From an uncultured Clostridia bacterium (lineage in GTDB: Bacteria; Aerophobota; Aerophobia; Aerophobales; B3-G15), in the NCBI GenBank assembly GCA_964482715.1, contig CAYZYX010000005.1:1-60429 (forward strand): a DNA stretch of 60,429 bases. The letters are read 5' to 3'. Under the pieces are notes generated by a model. That model saw only the letters and a program-made list of their open reading frames with translations. It ran no database searches and was not told the DNA's origin. Position 1 is the first letter of the stretch, and the number at the start of each line of letters is the position of its first letter. The position numbers and the translations under genes are program-made. Shown piece by piece: positions 8,995 to 18,932 of the stretch.

Positions 8995-10362
8995 ATGAAA
9001 TACGATCTTACACCCAGAGATGTAGGAAAAACTGAAACTCCTTACAGGAGAATCAAGACAAAATTACCGGTCCCTGAATCCTTACCTGTTTTAGAAAAAT
9101 TGGCCCGGTATGAACCCCGTCAGTTTCGTTCAATACCGCCTGTAGGTGTAGTTTGGGATAGAGCTGAAGGATTTCAAATTTATGACAGGTATGGTAACAA
9201 GTGGTTAGATTGGACTTCAGGCGTTCTTGTTGCTTCTGCTGGTCACGCAAGAGAAGAAATTAAAAAGGCAATAGTGGATCAACTCAATTCCTCCCTGCTT
9301 TTCAACTATGTTTTTCCCAATGAAATAAGACTGAAGCTTATAGAAAAACTAATTCAGATAACACCTGACCCTCTTAATATGGTTATTTTGCTAAGTACTG
9401 GAGCAGAAGCTGTTGAACGTGCAATAAAACTGGCACGAATTTGGGGTAAAAAAGTTGGTGGTAAAAAAAAGATAGGAATTGTTTCCTTTGAGGGAGCTTT
9501 TCACGGGAGAACTCTTGGTTCTCAAATGATCGGAGGAATACCTTCCCTAAAAGAATGGATTGTAAATCTTGATCCTGATATGCATCAGGTTCCTTACCCT
9601 GGTGACTTCAGGTGTAAAAATAAGGACTTTTCACTTTTTGAGGAGACACTGGCCAATAAGGGTTTGAAAAGTGAAAATATTGCCGCAGTAATTACCGAGA
9701 CCTTTCAAGGAGGAGGGGCCTCCTTTATGCCTAAGGAATATGCTCAAAAATTGGCTGAATGGTGTAAGCGGGAAAACGTTCTGTTAATTATGGATGAAGT
9801 TCAGGCTGGTTTCGGGAGAACAGGTAAGATGTTTGGTTTTGAACACTACGAAATTGTTCCAGACCTCATCTGTTGTGCAAAAGCAACCACCTCATCTTTA
9901 CCTCTTTCCTGTGTGATTGGCAGATCCGAGGTTATGGATGTGGATGACCCTGTCACGAGTACACATTCAGGTAATCCTCTATGTGTGGCAGCAGCCCTTG
10001 CTAATATCAATCTTATTGAAAAAGAAAATCTTGTTGAAAATGCCGCCAGAGTCGGAGAATTTTTCTCTGCAGAACTTAATAAATTAAAAGAGGAATATGG
10101 AGATATAATTGGTACAGTTTGTGGAAAAGGGCTTGTCTATGGTTTGCATATCGTTAAGAAAGGAACGATTGAACCCGATGGGGAGCTTGCTTATAAAATA
10201 GTTCGAAGATGTGTAGAAAAAGGATTGATGCTCTTCTCACCGGTTGGCTTTGGTGGAGCAACTATAAAGATATGTCCTCCTTTAATTATAACAAAAGAAG
10301 CAGTAAGTGATGGGATAACAGCTTTGAGAGAAGCGATAGAAGAAAGTCTGGAGCATCGTTGA
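8995..10362 (+). CDS. Class III (omega/GabT-like) PLP aminotransferase
   Basis: GNKWLDW, TGAEAVE, AFHGRT, IMDEVQAGFGRTG, PLP lysine in CAKA, THSGNP. Confidence 0.92.
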   Translation: MKYDLTPRDVGKTETPYRRIKTKLPVPESLPVLEKLARYEPRQFRSIPPVGVVWDRAEGFQIYDRYGNKWLDWTSGVLVASAGHAREEIKKAIVDQLNSSLLFNYVFPNEIRLKLIEKLIQITPDPLNMVILLSTGAEAVERAIKLARIWGKKVGGKKKIGIVSFEGAFHGRTLGSQMIGGIPSLKEWIVNLDPDMHQVPYPGDFRCKNKDFSLFEETLANKGLKSENIAAVITETFQGGGASFMPKEYAQKLAEWCKRENVLLIMDEVQAGFGRTGKMFGFEHYEIVPDLICCAKATTSSLPLSCVIGRSEVMDVDDPVTSTHSGNPLCVAAALANINLIEKENLVENAARVGEFFSAELNKLKEEYGDIIGTVCGKGLVYGLHIVKKGTIEPDGELAYKIVRRCVEKGLMLFSPVGFGGATIKICPPLIITKEAVSDGITALREAIEESLEHR

Positions 10363-10393
10363 TAGCCATATATAAGCGAAAGGAGAGAACAAA

Positions 10394-11797
10394 ATGAGGG
10401 TTGGTTTGCTTTCCTTTTCCGATGGACGGGAAAGGGTGCACAGAGATTTAATTCCGGAGATAAAAAAGGCCCAGGATGTTATAATTGATTTTTTAAAGAG
10501 ACAGAAAGGCATAGAAGTCGTTGCAGGATCAAGTATAGTATACACACCCGATTTGGCTCGAAGAGAAGCAAGGAGGTTAGTTGCCCAGAATATAGATGCT
10601 CTTGTTTTTAATATCCCGGTATTTGCCTTTCCAAATTTTGCCTTGATTGCAGCCAGAATATGTAATATCTCACCCTTGATTTACTCTCTTCCTAACCCGA
10701 GACTCCCGGGGTTAGGTGGAATGCTGGCAGCTGGAGGTGGTCTCAGAGAAGCAGGAATAAATTGCGAGAAATTATGGGGCGATCTTGGCGACCCATTGAT
10801 TCAGAAAAAATTTATGGCTTACTTGAGGGCTCAAACTGCTGCAAGAAAACTTCAAGGCCAGGTCTATGGGCTCATTGGAGGTCGGAGTATCGGAATGGTT
10901 ACCGGGACCATTGATCCTTCCCAGTGGATGGAAATATTCGGGGTGGATGTGGAACATGTGGACCAGCTTGAAATAATTCGTCTTGCAGAAAAGATCCCTG
11001 AGGTAGAGGTTAATGAAGGATTCAAATGGTTGAACAGTCATGTTGGAAAAATAGAGTATGCTGGTGCTTTAAGTGAGGAGAGTTTAAAGTACCAGCTGAG
11101 ATGTTACCTTGCTATACAGGAAATAGTTAAACAGCACCAGCTCGATTTTCTGGGAGTAAAGTGTCACTACGAACTAAGTGAGTATTACGTTACCCAATGT
11201 TTAAGTTGTGCAATTTGCTCTGATCCTTATGACTGGAGAGGACCAAAGCCTCCCCAGGTCTTTGCCTGTGAAGCCGATTCAGATGGAGCTTTAACTATGC
11301 AAATCCTTAAACTCCTATCGGGAAAACCCACAGCTTTTCTTGATCTCAGACATTATGATGAAGCAAATGGCCTTTATGTTCTTTGTAACTGTGGTGCTTT
11401 AGCTACGTGGTTTGCTGCTCAGGCTGAGGATCCAAATGAAAACCTAAAGAGGGTGACCCTTTGCCCCATTATACCAAAGTATGCTGGAAAAGGAGCTCAT
11501 GTTCGTTTTCTGTGTAGTAGTGGTGAGGTTACGTTCGCAAGACTTATGCGCTCAAGCGGTCGTTATCAGATGGTGATATTTAAAGGTGAATTTGTAGAAG
11601 TTCCACTCGCCAGGCTTCAGGAAACTTGCCCTCAATGGCCTCATGCTTACGCAAAAATAAATATTGGTCCACAGGAACTTTTTGATATTTATGATTCCAA
11701 TCACTGTCACGCTGTTTATGGGGACTATTTAGAGGAAATTGTTAAATTTTGCAAAATTCTGAATATTGATGTTCAGCTTATTGAAAGAAGAAGATAG
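10394..11797 (+). CDS. L-fucose/L-arabinose isomerase-fold protein
   Basis: N-terminal SDGR; candidate metal ligands CEAD (Glu), LD (Asp) and NHCHAVYG (His) positioned as in FucI. Confidence 0.8.
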   Translation: MRVGLLSFSDGRERVHRDLIPEIKKAQDVIIDFLKRQKGIEVVAGSSIVYTPDLARREARRLVAQNIDALVFNIPVFAFPNFALIAARICNISPLIYSLPNPRLPGLGGMLAAGGGLREAGINCEKLWGDLGDPLIQKKFMAYLRAQTAARKLQGQVYGLIGGRSIGMVTGTIDPSQWMEIFGVDVEHVDQLEIIRLAEKIPEVEVNEGFKWLNSHVGKIEYAGALSEESLKYQLRCYLAIQEIVKQHQLDFLGVKCHYELSEYYVTQCLSCAICSDPYDWRGPKPPQVFACEADSDGALTMQILKLLSGKPTAFLDLRHYDEANGLYVLCNCGALATWFAAQAEDPNENLKRVTLCPIIPKYAGKGAHVRFLCSSGEVTFARLMRSSGRYQMVIFKGEFVEVPLARLQETCPQWPHAYAKINIGPQELFDIYDSNHCHAVYGDYLEEIVKFCKILNIDVQLIERRR

Positions 11798-11802
11798 TCA
11801 AA

Positions 11803-13113
11803 ATGAATTCTTTGTATCAGAAGGTAATAGAGTATATTGATCGTCAAAAAACAGATCTGGTGGATTTTCTTTCAAAATTGATTGGTTTTCCATCGGTGAA
11901 TCCAGGGATGCCGGGTCAAGGGAAGGAGTTGGAATTGCAACAGTGGCTAAGCGAAAAACTAAGACAATTTGGATTTGATGAGGTTGACTGCTGGTCTGCT
12001 GACCCTAAAATTGAAAGGCCTAATATTGTAGCCACCATAAAAGGATCAGGTGGAGGCAAGTCTCTTATACTGAACGGTCATTGTGATGTTGTACCGGTAA
12101 ATGAAAAGGAACTGGAAAAATGGGATACTGACCCTTGGAGTGCTACTATTAAGAATGGCAGACTTTTCGGTAGAGGGGCAAGTGATATGAAAGGTGGTCT
12201 TACTGCCATGATATGGGCAGCTAAGGCAATAATTGATAATGAAATAGATTTAAAGGGAGACCTCTTTGTTGAATCTGTGGTAGGAGAGGAATCAGGAGAA
12301 GGAGAAACCGTTGGAACTAACTCTACATTGCAACGTGGCTACAAAGCACCTTTTGCCATAATAGGTGAGCCAACCAGCTGTGAGATTAAAGTAAGGACAC
12401 CCGGTGTCTTTTTCTTTGAGCTTGAAATACAGGGAAAAGAAACTCATATTTGTAACAGGAATCAGGTTATTTTTCCTCAGAAACATGGTGTAAGTTCTGG
12501 AAGTAAAATAGGAGTGGATGCGATAACCAGTTCCATACAGTTTATGCAGCTTTTTCAGAAAATAGAGTTGCAGTGGAATCAGAGATGGCAAGACGAGCTT
12601 CTTCCGGAAGAAGAAGGGGTAGGATCTTTTACCATCGGCCCCTGTTTTATTGAAGGAGGTACTTACGGTGCAGCCGTAGTTCCAGGATCTTGTAGAATTG
12701 TTTATAATGTGCGTTACCCCTGGTGGTTGAAGGATGAAGATCTCTGGCAAGAGCTGAAGCGGTATGTAGATGCTCTGGCATCAACAGACGATTGGTTCAG
12801 AAAAAATCCTCCCAAATTTAAGGTACCAGTTATAAGACGCTGGCAACCAATGATTGAGACTCCAGTTGATCATCCTGGGGCGAGAACACTGGCTGCGGCT
12901 TTTGAAAAATTAACCGGGAATAAAGCACGATTTTCCAGTTTTAAGGGATTAACTGATGCTACTTTCTTGACCCGCGGAGGTGTACCTACGGTTTTATTTG
13001 GCCCGGGCAGCCATGACTGTGGTATTCATGGACCTAATGAATACATATCTATCGATGAACTTATACTGTGTGCAAAAATATACGCTGTTATGATATTAGA
13101 CTGGTGCAGATAA
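11803..13113 (+). CDS. ArgE/DapE-family M20A deacylase/peptidase
   Basis: LNGHCDVVP, GRGASDMKGG, VGEES, IGEPT, HGPNE metal-binding motifs. Confidence 0.9.
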   Translation: MNSLYQKVIEYIDRQKTDLVDFLSKLIGFPSVNPGMPGQGKELELQQWLSEKLRQFGFDEVDCWSADPKIERPNIVATIKGSGGGKSLILNGHCDVVPVNEKELEKWDTDPWSATIKNGRLFGRGASDMKGGLTAMIWAAKAIIDNEIDLKGDLFVESVVGEESGEGETVGTNSTLQRGYKAPFAIIGEPTSCEIKVRTPGVFFFELEIQGKETHICNRNQVIFPQKHGVSSGSKIGVDAITSSIQFMQLFQKIELQWNQRWQDELLPEEEGVGSFTIGPCFIEGGTYGAAVVPGSCRIVYNVRYPWWLKDEDLWQELKRYVDALASTDDWFRKNPPKFKVPVIRRWQPMIETPVDHPGARTLAAAFEKLTGNKARFSSFKGLTDATFLTRGGVPTVLFGPGSHDCGIHGPNEYISIDELILCAKIYAVMILDWCR

Positions 13114-13182
13114 TTTACCTGTTTGTAAAGAAAGAACAAAAATAGATCAACCAATTGCCCAGTATATGCAAGGAGTTTATTG

Positions 13183-14322
13183 ATGAATCGACGTGAGATG
13201 GTAATTGCCACCATTGATCACCAGAAACCAGAAGTAATTCCCCAACAGGTTACTTTTTTTGATATTAACGCTTTAAAAAAGTTTGTGCCAACTTTTAGTA
13301 CTGACTGGAGAGAGGATGCGGTTAAGAAAATGGAGTTTCTCGATAGTGCTTTTGTAGAAGTAAGTAATTGTTTGCATCGTTCAAAGTATTTGCAGAAGGT
13401 GGATATTTTAGAAAGAGTAGCTTTTTATCATGCTGTTGCACCTTCTGGCGGACTTTATGTAGATGTTATAAAAGAAGATGATGAATCTGTGATAATCCAA
13501 TTTGAAACTGGAGGTAAATGGGAGATCCATAAGGACCCTTTCTGGCGTCATTTTATTGATTATCCTGTAAAAGATGAAAAAGATCTTGAGAAATTGCATA
13601 TGCCTGATCCTAACGATCCCAAAAGATACACAGGTGTTGAGGAAACAATTGCATACTTTAAGAAAAAAGGTTTTTTCACCCAGGTTGAGATTAATGGCTT
13701 TTTTTCGGATGTATGGTATCGGTACCACAATATGCCCGATTTTTTGGTAAACATGATAGAGAAAGAGGAATTTATAAAGGAACTTTTGAACAAAGTGGGA
13801 TCATTTAATCTTGCTGTTGCTGAGAATTATCTTAAAAGAGGTGTAGATAGCGTTATGTTTTGTGAAGACCTTGGATCAAACAAAAGTATGTTGATTTCTC
13901 CTGACCTATACAAGAAGTTTTTTTATCCATGGCATAAAAAATTAGCTGACCTTTGTCATCAATATGGGGCTTATCTAAATATGCACAGTCACGGTAATAT
14001 AAATGAGATCGTACCATTTATAGTGGAAGCAGGAGTTGATATATTAAATCCAGTAGGTCCTTCTGACAATATGGATCTCAAAAAACTGAAGAAAAATTAT
14101 GGTGATAAGATTACTCTAATGGGTGGATTGAGCAAATTCATTGGTAACATGAGCAGAGAAGAACTCGAGTCCCATATTAAAAATGTGATAGAAACCGGGT
14201 CTTCTGGTGGCGGTTTTATTCTCATGTCAGAAGGTGGAATTCCCTCCAGTATGAACCATGAGGATTTCAAGTTTTACTGTGATGTGAGCAAGAAATATAG
14301 AAAAAAATGCGGTAAAAGATGA
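13183..14322 (+). CDS. Uroporphyrinogen decarboxylase/MtaA-CmuA-fold protein
   Basis: FCEDLGS, LISPDLYKKFFYP, MHSHG, GVDILNP, ITLMGG; TTG 13180 is an alternative start. Confidence 0.85.
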   Translation: MNRREMVIATIDHQKPEVIPQQVTFFDINALKKFVPTFSTDWREDAVKKMEFLDSAFVEVSNCLHRSKYLQKVDILERVAFYHAVAPSGGLYVDVIKEDDESVIIQFETGGKWEIHKDPFWRHFIDYPVKDEKDLEKLHMPDPNDPKRYTGVEETIAYFKKKGFFTQVEINGFFSDVWYRYHNMPDFLVNMIEKEEFIKELLNKVGSFNLAVAENYLKRGVDSVMFCEDLGSNKSMLISPDLYKKFFYPWHKKLADLCHQYGAYLNMHSHGNINEIVPFIVEAGVDILNPVGPSDNMDLKKLKKNYGDKITLMGGLSKFIGNMSREELESHIKNVIETGSSGGGFILMSEGGIPSSMNHEDFKFYCDVSKKYRKKCGKR

Positions 14323-14446
14323 GAATTTGTAGGGGATAAAATGGACCGGAAAGGAGGTGTGTAAAAAAAATTATCAGGTCCATTAAAAAAGGAGGTTTTA
14401 CACGATTTTACCGAACAAATATCAAGTATTAAGGGGGAAAAGATCA

Positions 14447-15892
14447 ATGGGTAGAAGTTTTTCATACAAGGTTTTTTTAGGTTTGGGGTTAATGTTGATT
14501 TTGTTGATGATTATTGGTCAAACAGTTTTTGCAGCAGGGGAAAAACCCTGGGAAAAAATCGAATGGAATAAGCCAGTACCTGCTCCTGAAAGGTTATCTG
14601 CCGATGAATACATTCTTCCAGAAGGGTGGCAACAGGCAGTGAAAGGTGTTGAGAGGATACTTCACTTCAATGCCGGAAGTATGGAACACGATCCAGGTAC
14701 TTTGGCTAATTTTAAACTTTTTGAGAAATTAACCGGAATAAAGGTCAATTATGTTGAGGTATCCGATCAAGTTCTCCTGCAAAAGACGATATCTGCTCTT
14801 GTAAGTGGTGATCCTAATGTTACTTCCATGTGTGTTTCAGAGCCAGCCTATTCCATGCAACATCTAATAGCTGCAAATTGGCTTGAAAAATGGGATGTAG
14901 TATGGAGTCCTGAAGTTCAGAAAATTTATCCACCAGGATTAGTACAGTTGCTTAAAGGACCAGATGGCCACTTTTATGGAACGGTTGATACTCAAAAATC
15001 AGCCATTATGTACGCAAGAGTTTCTTGGCTTAAAGCAGCAGGTGTGGATATTCCTGATACCTGGCAAGATGTAATTATTGCTGCTAAGAAGTGCCGGGAG
15101 TGGGCTTTACAAAATCTTGGTCCAACTTACTGGGGTATTGCCTTTCCAGGTGATCACTATCTACTTCAGCATTTTCAGTGTGGGGTTTACTCTCAGGGTG
15201 GGAGGTTAATGCAAGATGGTAAGATTAATTTATTGACTCCCGAATTCAAAAATACATGGAAGATGTTTGTGGATTTCATCAAGGAAGGTTCAGCTCCTGA
15301 GGCAATTCTTGGATGGACGTGGAATGATTACCAGCAGGCTTTTGCAATGGGAAAAGTAGCCATATGTGATGAGGGACTCAATACTAACATGGTATTTTTT
15401 AAAGATCCAAATAGATCCCCTGGGCTTCAGAAAGATGTGTTTGGTAATCCTGTGAAGGGTGGGGACTGGATTGCTTTTCCACCACCAAAGTGGAGTGACG
15501 AAATGCCGGAAAGTTACAGAGGAGCAGCTCCAACTAATTTTTCGACATTTGTTATCAATAGATTTGCTCCTGACAATGCTAAAGCAGCAGCAATGTTACT
15601 GGGTGAGGTTAGAATGAGTAAGCAAGGTGGAGTGAATGAGCTTTTGATAGAGGGTAATTCTCCGTTTTTGCCTACGGTGTTTGAAGATCCTGAGGTCCTG
15701 AAAAAGGTAGACTATGTTGATGTACGAAAGATATGTCTGCAGAATGCTGTGCTGGAAGTTTTTCCTCCCGGTGCTCAGCATATGATGGACATTTTGCTTG
15801 AATATTTTGGAAAAGCAGTCACTGGAGAGATGGATACCATGGAAGCTCTGGAGCAGGCCCAAAAGGAACTGGATGAGCTACTGTACTACTAA
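14447..15892 (+). CDS. Sugar ABC solute-binding protein with an N-terminal Trp/Pro-rich extension
   Basis: Signal peptide ending TVFA; DIPDTWQD and FAMGKVA family-1 SBP segments; precedes two permeases. Confidence 0.85.
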   Translation: MGRSFSYKVFLGLGLMLILLMIIGQTVFAAGEKPWEKIEWNKPVPAPERLSADEYILPEGWQQAVKGVERILHFNAGSMEHDPGTLANFKLFEKLTGIKVNYVEVSDQVLLQKTISALVSGDPNVTSMCVSEPAYSMQHLIAANWLEKWDVVWSPEVQKIYPPGLVQLLKGPDGHFYGTVDTQKSAIMYARVSWLKAAGVDIPDTWQDVIIAAKKCREWALQNLGPTYWGIAFPGDHYLLQHFQCGVYSQGGRLMQDGKINLLTPEFKNTWKMFVDFIKEGSAPEAILGWTWNDYQQAFAMGKVAICDEGLNTNMVFFKDPNRSPGLQKDVFGNPVKGGDWIAFPPPKWSDEMPESYRGAAPTNFSTFVINRFAPDNAKAAAMLLGEVRMSKQGGVNELLIEGNSPFLPTVFEDPEVLKKVDYVDVRKICLQNAVLEVFPPGAQHMMDILLEYFGKAVTGEMDTMEALEQAQKELDELLYY

Positions 15893-15944
15893 TCTGAAAC
15901 AGAGTTTTCTCGCAGTTAATTGAGTGATTTGAATGAAAAAGAAA

Positions 15945-15980
15945 AGTTGGCCCCGTGCGATTACAAATACGGGGCCAACT
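15945..15980 (+). terminator. Perfect 12-bp GC-rich stem-loop after the second SBP gene
   Basis: AGTTGGCCCCGT/ACGGGGCCAACT; no clean U tract, so more likely a stabiliser or processing hairpin. Confidence 0.65.
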
Positions 15981-16020
15981 CCGCCTTCGTTTTCAAAATA
16001 TTCAGAAGGAGGGGTACTTC

Positions 16021-16893
16021 ATGAAAATCTCTAACAGTAAATTCGGTTTGTTTCTTTCTCTACCAGGAATAGTACTTTTGACACTTTTGATAATTGGTCC
16101 TTTGATTTTTCTTGTTTACACAAGCTTTCTTCGATATGATAATATACGTCCGGTGGTATTTTGTGGCCTTAAGAACTATAAGTATCTTTTCCGTCAACGA
16201 GTTTTCTGGTTGAGTTTCAAAAATACTCTGGTTTTCTGTGGAGGAACCACACTTTTAACTTTTGTCTTAAGTCTGCTTCTTGCACACTGTTTATCGCGAA
16301 TTACCAGAGGATCGAGTATTTTCAGGTCTTTTGCAATGTTTCCCTGGGCAGTTCCACTTGTTGTTTCGGGTTTCATGTGGAAACAGATGTTTAATCCCTC
16401 TTTTGGTGTTATCAATGATGTTTTGTTAAGGACAGGAATAATAAAAAATCCTCTTGATATATTCGGTAATCCCACTCTGGCCATGATAGGGGTTATTCTT
16501 GCCGATTCATGGACACGTATACCTTTTATGACGATAATTATCCTTGCAGGGCTGGAGAGTATTTCACCCACCATATATGAGGCAGCCAAAACAGATGGAG
16601 CAGATGTATTTCAGACGTTTGTTCATATATCCCTGCCTCTTAACAGAAAAGCCATGCTAACAGGTCTTCTTATTACCAGTATATTTTCTTTTCGCACAAT
16701 TGATGCAATTTTTTCCCTGACTTTTGGTGGTCCAGCAAAGGCTACATATGTTTTTGGGTTTTACATTCTTGATCTTATCTATAGATATTTCAATTTTGGT
16801 GTTGCAGCTTCACTGAGTATATTGATGATTATTTTCTTGATAGGAATTGGAAGTATTTTTGTTTACAACATCCTTAAAGGTGGCAAATTATGA
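16021..16893 (+). CDS. Carbohydrate ABC permease (MalF-like)
   Basis: EAA loop TIYEAAKTDGA; SD AGGAGGGG supports ATG 16021 (the track start at 15955 lies inside the hairpin). Confidence 0.92.
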   Translation: MKISNSKFGLFLSLPGIVLLTLLIIGPLIFLVYTSFLRYDNIRPVVFCGLKNYKYLFRQRVFWLSFKNTLVFCGGTTLLTFVLSLLLAHCLSRITRGSSIFRSFAMFPWAVPLVVSGFMWKQMFNPSFGVINDVLLRTGIIKNPLDIFGNPTLAMIGVILADSWTRIPFMTIIILAGLESISPTIYEAAKTDGADVFQTFVHISLPLNRKAMLTGLLITSIFSFRTIDAIFSLTFGGPAKATYVFGFYILDLIYRYFNFGVAASLSILMIIFLIGIGSIFVYNILKGGKL

Positions 16894-17741
16894 AGAAAAT
16901 AAGAGAGTTCCTGGCAACTGTACTGGAACATAAGGCCACTCCCTATGTAGGAGCTTCGGTGATCCTTTTTATTATTTTTATACCTATACTGTGGACCCTG
17001 ATTACTTCATTTAAGACCCTGGAAGAGTCTTTCTTTTCTCCACCAACCTATATTCCTAAGACTCCTACCCTTGAGGCATACAGAGAGGTAATTTTTAATT
17101 CCCCTGTCCCTCTCTATATTTTGAATTCTGTAATTTATGCTACCAGTACAACATTTTGTGTTTTAGTTGGAAGTGTCTTTACCGCCTATGGGTTGAGTAG
17201 ATACCCATATAAGGGAAGTGGTATGGTTCTTGGTTCTTTTCTTGCCAGTCGCATAATTCCACCTCTTAGTCTTTTACTTCCCTTCTACATTATTTATAAA
17301 ATACTGGGACTGATAGATTCCAAGCTGGCAGTTGTAATATTTACTGTCTACCTCTGCTATCCACTATCAGTATGGATATTAAAAACTTTTTTTGATGATT
17401 ATCCGCAGGATCTGATGGATGCTGCCCTTATCGATGGATGTTCACGTTTGGGTGTACTGTTTAGAGTTGTTATGCCTGGTATTGCTGTCGGCATAGCTGC
17501 CGTGGCTATCATCTCTTTTCTGTGGACGTGGCAGGAATTTTTATCTCCCTATTTGTTTCTTAATAGTGACCAGAACAAGCCCATAACCGTGGGTGTATAT
17601 TACTTTGTTGGAGATGAACTAACTTACTGGAATTCTATATCTGCTGCAGCAATTTTTGCAAGCATTCCCGGAATTGTATTTTTCTTAATTGCTCAGAAGT
17701 TTATTATAAAGGGATTAACACTGGGTGGAGTGAAGGGATAA
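16890..17741 (+). CDS. Carbohydrate ABC permease (MalG-like)
   Basis: DLMDAALIDGCS, WTWQEFL. Confidence 0.92.
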   Translation: MKKIREFLATVLEHKATPYVGASVILFIIFIPILWTLITSFKTLEESFFSPPTYIPKTPTLEAYREVIFNSPVPLYILNSVIYATSTTFCVLVGSVFTAYGLSRYPYKGSGMVLGSFLASRIIPPLSLLLPFYIIYKILGLIDSKLAVVIFTVYLCYPLSVWILKTFFDDYPQDLMDAALIDGCSRLGVLFRVVMPGIAVGIAAVAIISFLWTWQEFLSPYLFLNSDQNKPITVGVYYFVGDELTYWNSISAAAIFASIPGIVFFLIAQKFIIKGLTLGGVKG

Positions 17742-17780
17742 GGATAGTATAAAGAGAGCTTCAATATTGGAATAGTAAAA

Positions 17781-18917
17781 ATGCGGTCAAAAGAGTTACT
17801 TTTAAAGACGTTAAATCATGAGGAACCCGACCGAGTTCCTGTTGATCTTGGGAGTACCAATGTTACCACCATCACTTGGCCGGCATATGTAAATCTTTGT
17901 AAATATTTAGGGTTAGATAAAGAAAAAGAAATCACGGTTGTAGATAGAATACAGCAAATCGTTGTACCAGATGAAGAGGTTTTGCTTCGGTTAAAAGTTG
18001 ATACGAGAAGTGTTTGGTTGCCAAAGCCAGGCGCAAGGAAGGTAGAATTGGAAGAAGAGGATGCCTATATGGATGATTGGGGTATTGTAAGAAAAAAAGT
18101 AGCTGGAAGCTGGTATTATGACGTTATTAAATTTCCTCTGGAGGATGCAAATAGTATAGAAGACCTGTTGAATTATAAATGGCCCAATCCGAATAGTCTG
18201 AAAAAATTTGAAAAAGTAGAAAATGAAGCCAAAAAGTTGTATTCGGAGGGTGTTTACCCTCTTGTCATTGATCCCACAGGATCTGTTCCCTTTCAAAATT
18301 CCCAACTTTTAAGGGGCTTTGGTACTTTTTTAATGGATTTAGTACTGAATAAAAGTTTTGCCGAGTTTCTCATGGATAAACTGGTTGAATTTCAGATAAA
18401 ACGGCTTGAGAAATTGCTTGAAGAAGTTGGAAATTATATAAATGTCATTAAGATTGCTGACGACCTGGGCACACAGAAAGGTCCTCTTATTTCCCCCGAA
18501 CTTTATAGAAATTTAATAAAACCAAGACATAGACAGCTCATCCAGTTCATCAAGAAAAAATCAAAAGCTAAAATCTTATTTCATAGTGACGGGGGAATTT
18601 ACCCTTTTATTGAGGATTTGATTGATATAGGTGTAGATATTCTTAATCCAGTTCAGGTTTCTGCTCATGGCATGGATACCAAAAGGCTTAAGAGAGAGTT
18701 CGGAAAGAGTCTTTGCTTTTGGGGAGGGATTGACACCCAGAGAACATTACCCTATGGAAGTATAAAAGATGTTGAGGATGAGGTAAAAAGACGGATAGAT
18801 GAGTTAGCTCCGGGTGGAGGATATGTACTTGCTCCTGGACACAATATTCAGCCTGATGTTCCACCCGAAAATATTGTTGCCATGTACCAGACAGCCATTG
18901 AATATGGCAAAAAATAG
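17781..18917 (+). CDS. Uroporphyrinogen decarboxylase/MtaA-CmuA-fold protein
   Basis: EEPDRVPVDLG, ADDLGTQ, FHSDG, GVDILNPVQ, FWGGIDTQ, APGHNIQ. Confidence 0.9.
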   Translation: MRSKELLLKTLNHEEPDRVPVDLGSTNVTTITWPAYVNLCKYLGLDKEKEITVVDRIQQIVVPDEEVLLRLKVDTRSVWLPKPGARKVELEEEDAYMDDWGIVRKKVAGSWYYDVIKFPLEDANSIEDLLNYKWPNPNSLKKFEKVENEAKKLYSEGVYPLVIDPTGSVPFQNSQLLRGFGTFLMDLVLNKSFAEFLMDKLVEFQIKRLEKLLEEVGNYINVIKIADDLGTQKGPLISPELYRNLIKPRHRQLIQFIKKKSKAKILFHSDGGIYPFIEDLIDIGVDILNPVQVSAHGMDTKRLKREFGKSLCFWGGIDTQRTLPYGSIKDVEDEVKRRIDELAPGGGYVLAPGHNIQPDVPPENIVAMYQTAIEYGKK

Positions 18918-18932
18918 ATTAAAGGAGGGTAT

